A stretch of DNA of 64,000 bases from Harriotta raleighana. Lineage: Eukaryota. Within the stretch, counting starts at the first letter, position 1. The number at the start of each line of letters is the position of its first letter. Below, piece by piece: positions 13,595-25,900 of this stretch. Location: contig JBNZDD010013683.1 of assembly GCA_050575255.1 (NCBI GenBank), forward strand, positions 1,152,191-1,216,190. The letters run 5' to 3'. The translations under genes were made by a program, and so were the position numbers. A model generated the notes under the pieces. It had not been told where the DNA came from, did no database searches, and saw nothing but the letters and a program-made list of their open reading frames with translations.

Positions 13595-13807
13595 GTGCAT
13601 TTGTTAAAAGTAATCAATGCAGGTTAAAAACTTAGCATTTGGGTTATTTTAGGAAAATAGTTATTTTTAATACATGATATTNGTGCATTTGTTAAAAGTA
13701 ATCAATGCAGGTTAAAAACTTAGATTTTTGAATCAAACATAACAACTGTTGTTTTCATTAGCATTTGGGTTATTTTAGGAAAATAGTTATTTTTAATACA
13801 TGATATT
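13595..13807. repeat. Near-identical 87-bp duplication split by a single N (probable haplotype artefact)
   Basis: 13595-13681 is repeated at 13683-13807 with an extra 38 bp (13724-13761); N at 13682. Confidence 0.85.
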
Positions 13808-13870
13808 ATTTTATTTAATATATTATACTGTTTTATTTAATATATTATACTTTATTTAATATATTATTTA
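13808..13870. repeat. AT-rich short tandem repeat (~20-bp unit x3)
   Basis: tttatttaatatattat repeated three times. Confidence 0.7.
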
Positions 13871-14233
13871 AGATGTTGACACCGAATGAATGCAAGTTAT
13901 TGGTTTTTTTTTAAATAGCATCGTAGAAATTTTGGTAAATGCAAAAGAAACATGTTCACTTCAACTCTGTGATTCAGAGACCAGACAACTAGAATGGTAC
14001 TCAATGGTAGTGGTTTAACAAGGCAACTTGTCTCGGAATCCACAAGGAACATGACCAATTCTTAATGAAACTTTCTTAGTTAGCGGAATTGCTTCAACTC
14101 CAGGAACAGTCCCAATAATTGGATTTTCATTAACTGACAAGTACTGTAAATTAATGCAAATTCTGAGAGTGATTTCAGTGATTTAGATTGAATGAGAACA
14201 AATTTTCAGTTCTGCCTTATACTGAGCCACATG

Positions 14234-14238
<5 letters not shown>

Positions 14239-14271
<33 letters not shown>
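14239..14271. repeat. (GT)16 microsatellite
   Basis: Read directly. Confidence 0.95.
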
Positions 14272-14273
<2 letters not shown>

Positions 14274-14682
14274 GGGGGGAGAGGAGACTAATTCGGCTTA
14301 ATATAATGCCAATACTATGGAAGATGGGGAGGGAAGGTGTAGGGAAATAGCATTAGAGTACAGAACATTGCTCCAGTGGGGGAATCATCACCTGCATGCC
14401 AAAAAAAAGCCTTTATATGCTATAAATGTCTAACTATATGGGAAAAAAATTGTGGTATTATATAAACAAGGCCCAAGTTAAATTAGCAATCAGAGTAAGA
14501 TGCCTGCTCCTTGTTCTCATGTCATTTATTGGCTACTTCCAGAAAGCAGCGTTATTAAAACAAAGGGAGAACAGTGTTGGAGATTTTGTGGTTTCTTTTC
14601 ACAATTTAATCAGGAATTACAAATGTCAGCCTCAAATGCTCCTGCAGCATGGCTCCTTAGGCAAGTTCCGCTTTGAATTAAA

Positions 14683-14765
14683 CTCACTTCACAGCATATT
14701 CTATGTTGAGACGTCGCAAAGGCATGATAAGGTGCTATAATCAAATGCAAGGATTATTATTATTT
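14683..14765 (+). mobile_element. SINE 3' tail fragment
   Basis: tcacttcacagcatattct...gtgctataatcaaatgcaaggattattattatt. Confidence 0.7.
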
Positions 14766-15304
14766 TATGCCGTCTGTCAGAGCACTGTGGGAAAGGAAAG
14801 GAAAAACAGCAACCAATCTCGTCCACCCACCCCTAGATAACTAATGTTAAGTAGAAAGTTATGCACGGCCCACACATTATTGCCTCAAGGGTTTAGCTGA
14901 CAGCAATCCTACTTCCAAACTGGTGGTGTCCCTGCTATCGTGACACTCAGCAGTGATTTCACAGTCTCCGGTAGCAGAAATGGTCCAAGTGTTAAAAAGA
15001 GGCCAGACAAGAAACAGCAACTTCACAGCTCTATGTAGCTCGAGGACTGAAAGTGCAGGTGCCAAAACACTGTCAACACATTTGCTTATTTACTTCCCAT
15101 CATTGCATAAGGTAAACACAGAGAGTTGCCCGTGCTACGCACAGTATCAAGGTTAGGAGAGAAGATCACTTTTGAAATGGCCACGAGTAATTGTTTTTGT
15201 TTCAGGATATGCATAAACTACAATTGATCGCCAGACAGAAATAATCTGAATGGCATTATATCCAAGCTGTATTCCTCAGAACTCAGTGGAGCAATTGCAA
15301 ACAT

Positions 15305-15340
15305 CAACCACAACAACTTGCACTTATATAGCACCCTCCA
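15305..15340 (-). mobile_element. L2-type 3' tail fragment
   Basis: caacaacttgcacttatatagcaccctcca is the reverse complement of the L2 tail. Confidence 0.55.
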
Positions 15341-15520
15341 AGCAGGGTAGGGTCTCAGAGCGCAAAGCAGATACGATGGCACTGAAGAGTGATGGGTTCA
15401 AATAGGCTGCCCTGGTTTGTTTCATTTGACAGCATATCACAAAACAACCATGGAAATATGGTTGGTCTCTCTCTGTCAGTCTCTGCTGAGCTCAGTGACA
15501 CATTATTCCAGGTACAAACA

Positions 15521-15679
15521 TAATAATAAGTGATCAATTTTATTGTTTTTTTTCTTGAGTAAATATTATCAGGCACGTTGAGTAAGGAAACTTACCCAAG
15601 GATTTGCGCTGTCGGGAATCGAACCCAGGTACCTCATTTGTGAGGCGAGTGCTCTAACTACTGAGCTACAGGACTCCGC
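15521..15679 (-). mobile_element. tRNA-SINE head, body missing
   Basis: Reverse complement reads gcggagtcctgtagctcagtagttagagc...gggttcgattccc (Pol III A and B boxes), then the linker, then ttattatta. Confidence 0.85.
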
Positions 15680-15879
15680 ATTATCAGCGAGAAGAACAGC
15701 TCAGAAAGCTAGTGGTGAGGTTCTGATAAAAGCATGAAATGTGTTATTTGAAGTAAGTACTGAAAGAAACGATCCTGGAGATAATGTACCCCCCTGATTT
15801 GGGGAGGTTTATCATTTTTTGTCCAATCTTTATGGCCTTATGTTCATTTCTATTAAAGTTTATCACTGCTACTCCTCAT

Positions 15880-16150
15880 CACATCTGCTAACATGGTGCA
15901 GGTTGTGACTCATCACACATCTCTCCTTCGCAGCTTGACATTATCAGCAAATAGTTCAGTTATTGCCAGAAGCCCTCTCCTCCCAAAATCTCCTATGAGT
16001 AGTATGAACAGTGGGGAGTCCAGAACAGATGATTGCAGAGCCCTTTTCATCCCCAGTCGCAGACAGAACTTTTTCCATTTATGACCACTTCTCAGCCACT
16101 GATCAATACAGCTGGCCATTTTTGCCATTCGTTCCATGGAAATAAACTAT
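15880..16150 (-). mobile_element. Old CR1-type reverse transcriptase fragment
   Basis: ORF 15913-16137: CIDQWL...LQSSVLDSPLFILLIGDF...ITELFADNVKL aligns by eye to 'WI..WL...PQGSVLGPLLF.IYINDL...ISKFADDTKL'. Confidence 0.75.
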
Positions 16151-16248
16151 AAAACTCTCACTCCATCAAACAGTTTGTGAGATTAATTTGCTGCAAGCAG
16201 AGCCAATCTTAAACAGCAAATAGTCAAAACACTACAAGGCGAGCCATT

Positions 16249-16559
16249 TAACAATAATAATCCTTGCACTTGATATAGTGCTTTTCAAAGCTTCTTGACA
16301 TCTCAAAGCGCTTCACAGAATATATTGTAAAGTGAATTGACCGAATACTTGCGGGCAAAACACAGCAGCCAATTGCGCACAGCAATGTCTCACAAACAAT
16401 TGTGGATGAATTGCCCAATTTCTTTGGGGGGGGGAAGAACACGGACTACTATTAGGCATGTGGAATAACAAAACTTGCCCAAGGTTTTGCCCTGACCTGC
16501 CTGGAATCAAACACAGCTTGTAAGGCGAATGTTCTAACCACTGAGTTACAGGACTCCAC
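16249..16559 (-). mobile_element. Full-length tRNA-derived SINE
   Basis: tRNA-like head, linker, gactgtttgtgggac-type body and (TAA)n tail; highly similar to the other copies in the window. Confidence 0.92.
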
Positions 16560-17411
16560 AATTTCTAACTTTGATCCAGTCAACTGTACGATTCCTTAAT
16601 AAATGCCACAGATATGGTATAACCTCTGTCAGCTTGTCTCTTTATATAATTGGATGATTTATTATTTATGTTTTCCCCCAAATCACAGCCACAAATCTAG
16701 GTCTAGGAAACGCAAGCCTAGGTAGGTATTTGTAATGTTTGTAACAGACCCACAAATGCGCACACTATAAACCTCACGTAAGTCATATCAATTGGGACCA
16801 CACATTTAATATGACTTGTGCAATTTGGAGACATGTCAGACTTACAATAGAATTTTTATGAAACATTATAAACTCTCAAACAAAACTTGGGCAGATGTAT
16901 GATTAGGAGATTATAGAATATATACAATCAGAATTATACGAGTTTTACTCTCCTAATAATTCAGTCCATGAACAAATGTCGACTAGAATTTTTTTGGTTA
17001 AAAGAGTCCAAACTAATTACCTTTTTGTCGTTTTCAACCACTTGAATGTTCAGGTAGTTGCTAGCAATGCCGTGTCACACATCTGTTCCTGGCTAGCACC
17101 ACTTAAACATCTAAACACAAGTTAAAAAAAATTAGAACGAAATACAGTAGCTGGGAATCTGCTGAAGGTTAATCACTGTTCAAAACAACAACGAAAAGGC
17201 TACAACAGTATTCACTCCGAATAGCAAATTATGTACCAACACGTCTCTCCCAGTTGACTTCAATTATTGATTAAAATTTCTGTCAGCCAACACATTTGCA
17301 GTGGTCACCATTTGGTGGCATTTCCTGGGAAATGCTGTTAAAGCACCTTCTAGTTTTGGAACAACAGTTCGATTGGCGGATCGCTTTCTGAGGGTAATAC
17401 TCCCTTCAAAA

Positions 17412-17510
17412 CCCTGCCGCGTTTCTCCACAATATATACAGTCAATTATAGTACAATTATGTGATATGGTGCTGCTCTATATCAAATGCAAGGATTATTA
17501 TTAATATTAT
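17412..17510 (+). mobile_element. Degraded SINE 3' part
   Basis: ctgccgcgtttctccac...ctatatcaaatgcaaggattattatt. Confidence 0.65.
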
Positions 17511-18379
17511 ACTTTTAGCTGACGATGCACAATGGTAAGCACCAATTTACAAATCAGATCAACATTTGACTCATTGAACTCCAGGAATTTCCAGATATTT
17601 TAAGTTTAATGACCATATTATACAATCTAATCTAAAATATTAAAAGCTCATTCATTTGGGTAAATACAATGCCATTCATTATTTTTATTTTGCTAGCTAG
17701 AGAGGAGGAAGCATTTTAACAATATTACTACTATTCTGCAAACAAAAAAGACCATCTGTCAGACTGAATGAAATTGATTTGTCCTTTCAAAGTAGCACAA
17801 GTTGCTACTGAACCAATGTTTGGCACATGGCTCATCGGTGCATCAAAGGTACACATATATTACATTTCCTTTTTAGTTGAAGTTATTCAGCCTTTCAAGG
17901 ATCACAGACTTTGTAATTTGAATGCATCCGCATCCTATTAATTGAATTTTTTCAACAACAAAACTTTCACAGTAAACCATTTTAGATCCAGTTAATAGCA
18001 TTCGCTGTTCGAAAACAAGTGTGCTCCCTGTACAAACCTTACTGCATTACTTCTGTGACACTAAGTGCCTGGTCACAGTAAGCTGCTCCAATCAGATAAA
18101 CTAGTTGTTTTCTTCTGCTGCAGTGTACTGATCCTGCAGCAATTTGTCGTGTGCATCAAAAATGTTTACCAGCTGTCTAATGAAGTTAGTTATGATTTTA
18201 AAGATGACTGTACCTACTGAACTCAACCTAACAAGTGACCATATTGTGCCTCCATGCAAGGATTTTTCATCGGTTACCAGCAGTATATGGAGAGCAGTTT
18301 CCATCCCGAGATGTTAGATTCCATTGAAATGCCCCACTGTTCCTGAGTGAATACCAAAACAGCCTGTGCATTCAGCCGT

Positions 18380-18550
18380 CATAGCATCTTCTAACACAGA
18401 AGGAGACCATTCAGCCCTGTGTTGGCTCTTTGAAAGAACTCTCCAATTAACCCACTCCCCTATCCTTTCCCCCTGTAAAATTTTTCTTTTCGAGTAAATA
18501 TCCAACTCACACTTGAGAGTTATTTCAGCAAGATTACCACTATTCTGAAG
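18380..18550 (-). mobile_element. CR1 LINE 3' end
   Basis: acagaaggagaccattcagccc...gctctttgaaagaac is the reverse complement of the CR1 3'UTR also seen at 47400-47489. Confidence 0.7.
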
Positions 18551-18566
18551 TGGGGAAGATAATAAT

Positions 18567-18700
18567 CTTTTTACTTGGTATAGTATTGATGGTATCAAAG
18601 TGCATCACAAAGCATATCATGTGTTTGCAGTGTAGTGACTGTATTTATAAGGAAACACAGCAGCCAATTTGTGCAATGCAAGGTTTCACAAATAACCATT
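18567..18700 (-). mobile_element. Degraded Deu/SINE 3' part
   Basis: gtgtagtgactgt...ggaaacacagcagccaatttgtgca. Confidence 0.6.
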
Positions 18701-19679
18701 TTATCTGTATGACTGTTGCCAGGATGTATGATATAACAAAGTCTGATGTCAGTGGCATAAATGAAGGGGTATGTTGCCCTCAGCATTTATTTCACACAAA
18801 ATTCCTCCCTGCAGCTTGTCTCATCGATAGGTTTCAGTTGTAAAACATGCAACCAGAGGCAGCCGAGATAAACAAATGACTGCTCACATGTTTCCTTTTA
18901 TAACATTCAGAAGTGAAGAAGTTCATCCTTTTTTAAAGGAGTCTCATAAGTGAACTACTCAAAATGTAATGCTGTATTCCATTGTATGAAGGCTGATGAA
19001 AATATATCAGTATGCAGCACAAAACAATGGATGATTAAGTCGGAAATTAGATACAAATGAGATTCCCTGTTGGTTTCGGGCTTGTTTAAAATTGTAAATT
19101 GTGGTTGGTCTCACATCAACTTGAACCTTTGTGCATGTTAAATAGTTCCACTTAGAGCAGCCATTACTACTGGATTCAGCATTTCACTCTCCTTCTATCC
19201 ATAAAATACAACATCAATGATGAGAATCATTAAAAGGTTGTTAACTTAAAAGTGCTTTACATCCAATGCAAGTATAAGAAATGAGGCAGAAGAAGGTAAA
19301 GAGTGGAACGAGAATGCTGACCTTTGTGATCTTGCAGCAACTGCGCCAAAGGTTCCAGGTCAAAGGCAGACAATAAGTAAGGATTGCCGCGATTTTCCTC
19401 AATTCAAATGATTGAAACAGACAGAAGAATTACATAGAGAGGAACAGCGCAATTGCCAGAAGGGTTTAGCTAAACTCAATAAGAGTGGAGTGTCACCTTT
19501 ACAGTGCAGAAGTTATGGGCCAATTTTCAACCAAAGTCAGTAGTCCTACAGGCACCTTAGCTTGATCTACAGAGCAAAATGAATAATAATTCTAGCCTCA
19601 TTTGAAAAACAAACACAATGATTCCAGGACCAATTTTTAAAAAGTCAGGTTATGCTTAGCTAATGTATTGTAATGTTGC

Positions 19680-19800
19680 AAGGATGCAGTGGAGTTCATT
19701 GAAGTCACTTGTACAACTTGACTTTGAGAGACCATTTGATAAGATCCCACACAAGTGATCTGTGTTCAAGTGAAAACTATTTGAATACAGAATGCAGTAC
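19680..19800 (+). mobile_element. Highly decayed CR1 RT fragment
   Basis: cttgactttgagagaccatttgataagatcccacacaag translates LDFERPFDKIPHK (cf. LDFQKAFDKVPH). Confidence 0.5.
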
Positions 19801-19962
19801 TTTGGCTAAGTATGGGGGTATGTATGGAAATTAAGGGATATCACCAGTGCATTGTCACGGTGTGCAATAATCCTTCACTATTTACATTTCTTAGATTTGA
19901 AAAAGCATATGAAAACTTTAGAAATTTCAAGCTGTAGATGTGTGTGTGTTTGGGGGAAGTCC

Positions 19963-20277
19963 TGGAGTCCTGTAGCTCAATGGTTAGAGCCCTCGACTTA
20001 CAAGCGTGAGACCTGTGTTCGAATCCAGGCAGGTCAGGGTGAAACCTTGGGCAAGTTTCCTTACTCCACATGCCTAATAATAATCCCTCCAAAAAAAATA
20101 CAATAATAAAATGGTCATTTCAATCCAGGACTGTTTGTGGGACACTGCTGTGCGCAATTGGCTGCCGCGTTTCACCCACAAATATACGGTCAATTCACTC
20201 TACAATATATTCTGTGAAGCGCTTTGAGACATCGAGAAAACATGAGAAGCACTATATCAAATGCAAGGATTATTTAT
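19963..20277 (+). mobile_element. Full-length tRNA-derived SINE
   Basis: A box tagctcaatggttagagc, B box gttcgaatcc, body gactgtttgtgggacactgctgtgcgcaattggctgcc, tail aagcactatatcaaatgcaaggattat. Confidence 0.95.
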
Positions 20278-20544
20278 GATAAGGAGGGGAATCAAGAACT
20301 CCAAAGAGAAGAATCCATAACATAATCTTCTAACTCAGAGACGTATTCTCTATCAATTGAGCCAGACTGACACCCGCATACGATTGCAAGCTGTACAACA
20401 CATTCACCAAAGTGATGAATCAAGATGACCGAATATAGAATAGCAGCTCAGCAGCAGTTATCAATTACCACTAGACAAGCAATAGAAGCTAAATTCAGAA
20501 AATGAGACAATATTTACATTTAATAAAACAAAACGGAGCATTGA

Positions 20545-20895
20545 TGATAATAATAGTCATCCTTGCGAATGCTATAGTGCCCTGTCACATCAGAAGGACA
20601 TCTCAAATGATTCACAGGATTTACTGTGAAATGGAGTGACTGCATATTTATAAGCAAACCTGTCAGCACAATTGTGCACGGTAATGTCCCACAAACAGCC
20701 AGGAAGCAAATGACTAATTTTATTTGAGGGATTGTTGGCCTGGCCACCGGGTGAAATTTGCTTCTCTTTTCGAATAGTGCTTTGGAGAAGAAGCTTGAAG
20801 ACCACTCAAATAGGCAGATGGGACCTGGGTTTAAAATCTCATCTGAATGACAGCACCAAGGCCACGGATTTGAACCCACAACCTTTTGACTCTCT
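20545..20895 (-). mobile_element. Old Deu-domain SINE (SacSINE1/AmnSINE1-like)
   Basis: Tail, then ttcgaatagtgc...ggcagatgggacctgggtttaaaatctcatctgaatgacagcacc (Deu core), then head remnant ggatttgaacccacaacc. Confidence 0.75.
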
Positions 20896-21185
20896 TGGTC
20901 CAGCTGCCGTCACAGACACATGAAAAGATGTACAGTTCACAGAAGGGGGAGAAATATGTTTTGAAATTAATCTGAGTTTTGAAGAGCATCTGAATAAGGC
21001 TAAACCGGTTCTTACTGACAAAGAGGTAAAGGGAAGAAACAAGATCTGATCTTTAATCATGAAGGAAAGAATCAAGCTGGACTCAATGAAACATTGTATG
21101 TCAAATTAAGAGTTTCATACTAGATTAGAAGTTGAAGTCACAAAAGGAACATCTTTGTGGTTTGGGTTGTTGACTGATGGTATGG

Positions 21186-21203
21186 ACTGCCACCTAGTGT
21201 AAT
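21186..21203 (-). promoter_or_regulatory. CTCF-like motif
   Basis: Reverse complement ACACTAGGTGGCAGT versus consensus CCASYAGRKGGCRS; motif match only. Confidence 0.35.
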
Positions 21204-22769
21204 CAATACAGATCTGTTGAAGCATTCAAAAAATATATTGTATTTGGGTCCCAGCTAGCAGATCTAGCTGAAAATGGGTTTAAGTGTATAAAATACGTTG
21301 AGGCAGATCAGATTAGAGTGTAACGTACAGCTAGAAAGCTTTTTTTGCCACCTAACTTTTGGGGGATTATTACTGTATGATATGCTTACATTAGACACAG
21401 AATTTCTCCAGCTGAGATCCCCAGATGTGTTTTAATAACTTGACATTTTTTCATCTTTGTTTGTGATGGTTCATTGGGGGCATGGAGCATGTTGATATTC
21501 CCTACTCAGACAGCCATAGTTAACAAGCAACACTGGAGATTGGCTGTAATCCATTCAGTCAGTCAAATATTCCCTCAATAAAATTTCTAACATCTCCGTT
21601 CTATGATACAATTATCTGGGTTATGGGAAATACCAACAGGGACAGGTTTCAAGTGTAGATTAAACCAACAACACCCAAGCTATTTGGGTTATCATTAGAG
21701 AATTTCACATATGAATGCTATTTATAGCAACAGTGAATAGTAATGATGATATAATTGAAGACTAAGTTAAGCTTTCGAAACAAGTGCAACACTTTTAAAA
21801 AATATATAATTTAGATTCCACATATTAAAGTGTCATATTCCATATTATCATGAAGCAAATGCCAACAACTGCTCTCGAATATAATTGTGTTGAAAGTGTT
21901 TAGACCCAAACCAGGATTACTGTCCACCAGAACACCAAGTNCATTGAGTGAAAGGGTGAATTAGTCATCTTAACCAAAAGTTAAAGGTTTTGTTTGGAGA
22001 AATAGAGTTTAAAAAAATACGGTGTGCAATGTCATGCCCAGCATTAGTGCTGTTTAACACATTCTCTCTCTACCACCTCCTCATTACCCAAAGGTCACTG
22101 AAAGAGCCAGAGAACCAACTCCTCCACAACCCCCAGCACTACCACATAGTTTCAGGGAATAAATGGTTAGGAACTTTTATCAGGCACCAACAGAAAACTG
22201 TCCTCAACGGTCAGTCCAAGTCAGATACCAGCTGTTAGCAAGTACCAATGTATGCGCATGTGCAGATGAATTCCTCTGTTATTCGCTGGCTCAGATAGAG
22301 CAGGTATTTCTGGGAGCAGCTCCACCCAGTGGCCTCATAGGCAAATAGGCCAGGTTTGGCACATTTGTTGGTGTGTTTGACAGGTACCAACGGAGGCATG
22401 AATCGAACCCCTTTTCTGAAGTGCATTTCCTTTCCTCTTTCTTCCACTTCTATTGATCTCCCCCTGTGGGGGAAGTACTACATTTTTTTTAGATATACAT
22501 ATATATACACATGGGCCTTTGCTACACTCGAGTATTCTCTGTGGTTTTCCCTTCTTTCTGCCTTCAGAAAACCGAATGTTAGCTGAGTGGAGGGACACAC
22601 GCCTGGAATGACTCCTTGACCTACAATGAAGCAGCAACACACTTTCATTTACTGCACTTGGCTATCCTCACGCTCTCTTAGAAAGATTAGAAAATATTCG
22701 TAGAGCCAAACTGTGGGTCATATTTTCCTCTTCTCTCATACTCATCAGACATTTTTAGACTGGGACGAC

Positions 22770-22930
22770 TCACAAGATTAGTTTGGATGAAGAATACTCT
22801 TTTGGCCCATCTCATCATTCCAAAGTGTCCAGTTAATCCATCACAGTGTCAACCTTTTTTTTTGCTAATTTCCTGACAGTGTCCTGACCTTAATCACCCT
22901 TCCTGGCAACCTGTTCCACTGATACTTAAA
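22770..22930 (-). mobile_element. Old CR1 3' fragment
   Basis: cacccttcctggcaacctgttccact is the antisense of the CR1 'WN.LP' region, next to a 3'UTR-like segment. Confidence 0.45.
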
Positions 22931-25900
22931 CTCCTTGTACTCTGATCGCTCATTGCCAGAGAGAAGACACATTTGAATGAATTTGAAATTCTAATTTCAG
23001 AGGTTACACAAACACTTTCTAACCCACTGGATTAGTCCTTACATATTATCGCTGGTTCTCTTCCTCTCCCTGCAAGGTAATTCCTACTTGAAGGAGGCTA
23101 AACTCTGTTTCCAGACTATTTTTTTTCCCTGCCCTGAAAATAAACGAGTGGACTGCAATACTTCTGCATTTCATTCAGACTTCCATCCAGTTCCTTCAAT
23201 ATGGTTTCCTTCCAAAATGCTTTAAATCCAGTTTCTTTTGGACAAAGATCAGTAATCCAAGCAGAGTTTACCAATGGAGGTGATCTGAGGTGAGTTGAGC
23301 TTCCCTTATCATAAAGCTCTTTCCACAACAAAAAGTGGAGTCCTGTCTGCCTGCTCATTGGAGATGCTGGATATCTGAGGCTTCAGGGTGCAATATGTCA
23401 TCTTTTTCAGGATCTTCATTGGGATCAGATGGAGCCGCTTGTTGCAGCTCATCCTCCTGAATGCTCCTCCATCTGCTTGGGCTGATCTTCAGACCCCCGA
23501 CCAACATCCATGGCTGGTTCTACGCTTTGGATATATTATCAGTTCACCATGCAAATGTTTCCACCTTTTCATCTTGACTGAATCTAGATTTATTCTAGAA
23601 TAATGAACAGAAATGTTAAATCTGTATTTTTTTTTAAAAAGGCTCAATTTGAATAAGAATTGGTGTGTGATTGAAGCTAGTAAATACAAATTGAATGAAA
23701 TTAGCTGGTGAATTGCAACCAATCAAAACTGTAATAAGATGGCAATTATCAACAGTTGTGATCTCTTCACAAACCTTTGAATGTCTGTGGGACGAAGATA
23801 AAACCAAAGTATAAAGCAAAGGTGGTGTCATCTATTCTCTTGCTAATGCAAGAAACCCTCTCCTTTACTCAAAAACAAATGCTAGTAAGGAACCCCTAAC
23901 CAAACCTTCCATAAAACATAGTTTTTCTTTCTGCTTTAACAATAGATGCAGACGGCGCTATATAAACAGAATTTTGTGGTTGTTGCCTTGAAATATGCAT
24001 TTAAGTGTTTGATTCAGATAAGTTTCATTCGATAAACAATTTCTATTCAAGCCAAGACCATATATTGCTTATGCCCAATCGAATTATTTAATCTGAACAA
24101 TTGGCTGCATATAATCAACATACATTTAACCACACCTCTACTGCTCTAGAAAGCAAATTACCATATAAAATGATGCAATTATCTCAACTAGGTTGGAACA
24201 GGTTAATACATTTTAGTGGCTGTATCAAATGTATCTAAAACCCTTTTAAAATACAGATACGTATTTTAATCGAAATCCATTATGCTTCATCGTTATCAAC
24301 AATATCCCTTCCAAAAACTGAACTGTGAAATTTGAGGCGAATGTTAACGATTTCATACAATGTTCTCAAAGGTATATTTCAATATGATTGTTATGATCAC
24401 AGTTAAAAACATTACTTTATTTATTTGAGTTTTTCTGGAATGCACTGATGTGTCCATTAGCACAAAAATATTTCAGAACAAATTTTGTGTGAAATGAAAT
24501 TGGACTGAATTAATTTTTGAATGATAACCATGTCAATGAGTATTTGACCTCCTCAGTATATATGCTCCAAAAGAATGTGGTAGTGCATCAAGCACCGATA
24601 ACAAGCAGGCATAATACTGATTAATTTATCCGTACAAAAGAAGCTGCAAACATCAAATCATCCAGATTATACCCACCAGAAATGGCAATCCCACCTGAGC
24701 CTTCCGAGCTATGCAGTTTGCTATCCCTGCACAAAGAACAAAGTGCTTTACCTAAATATGTGTTGGCAGCTCCTCTCTCTCTGACTCACCAGACTTTAAA
24801 TGGAAACTGTGCAGTCTATTCCAGCACTTCATACTGTGCAGCTGCTCAGCCTTGGCTCGGAGAATACAGGACATTCATCCATCATGCTGCACTGCTACGA
24901 GGATGGGAGGTGATCACGTGAATAATAATGAAGGAGCAAGATTCGCACTTTCTTACTTATGATTTTTCTTACTCTCTCCAGCACACTCTAAATAGTTGTC
25001 ACCCAGACTGTGTAACCAGATGATTGGAAATGATGACTGTGGCATTGGCGTTAACAAGCAAAATTAAAATAAGTAGGAGAACAGGGAGACCCCCAAGTTT
25101 CTATTCCCAAATTGTTTCATTAACTTGTTTCTACTGCAGTTCTGCTGTCTCCTAAATTATATATTTTATATTCCTTGTACATCCAACTACGTGCCTAACT
25201 CTTCTTATCTTAGATTTTTCCACTTATATGCTTAGGATGAACACAGCCACCAGCAGTATGCCCCAAATCCTACACAGTGATAGCCTGCAAGACTTTTTGT
25301 TCTTCTGCTTTAAAACAGGTCACACCTGCAGAAAATCCTGCTATCTTAATCATAAGGATTCCGACACACACAAAAAAATGCAAGTCAAATGAAGACAACA
25401 TTTAATACATTTTCTAAAAGTCTACATTCTTAAATGTTTAACTCAGTAGCCTAAGATGCTCATACATGTATCTCAAGATGTATTGAGATAGAAATGAATG
25501 GTACAGAGGCTCTCAGATTAACAGGGAAGTTTAATCACTCCGGAAAAGTAGAAAAATGCAAATCCAAAAGTTGTTCTAGGCACTCTATAAATTTCTGATT
25601 CAAAGCCACAAAATTCTATTCTTCAGCTGCACATCTCTGCCCCTATTGCATCAAGTGTGTCAGAAAACTCCATTGTGATTTATTTCAAAACATTGTGGAA
25701 TCAAATAGAAAGTTGACTTTGCCACAATCTTCGATTTGGGAGAAATCCCCCACTCCAATCAATCAAGCCTTCACAAGCAATATAAAGTGACTGACGCTGA
25801 AAAGCAACCACCCTTCCCTGCAAAGGGCGCTGACACCTCAGGAGATCTAATCAGTGTTAACATTTTATTGACAGATTCAGTGCTAATGCCACATTGCAAC

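Noticed and set aside
19963-20040. Bona fide tRNA genes at SINE heads
   Set aside because: Each head continues into the same SINE body and tail, stems are imperfect and the anticodon varies among copies.
21941-21941. Single Ns at 21941 and 57427 as biological features
   Set aside because: Assembly joins or ambiguous bases with no flanking duplication; sequence continuity across them is uncertain.
21990-22450. LINE RT-like peptide KWLGTFIRHQQKTVLNGQ
   Set aside because: A single short resemblance without the following PQGS/YADD motifs; too weak to call.
23116-23600. GC-balanced segment with acidic minus-strand frames (possible exon or TE)
   Set aside because: Frames are interrupted by stops, there is no convincing splice pair and no family motif was recognised.
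24245-24269. 9-bp perfect inverted repeat ttaaaatac...gtattttaa
   Set aside because: AT-rich and short; expected by chance in 64 kb.
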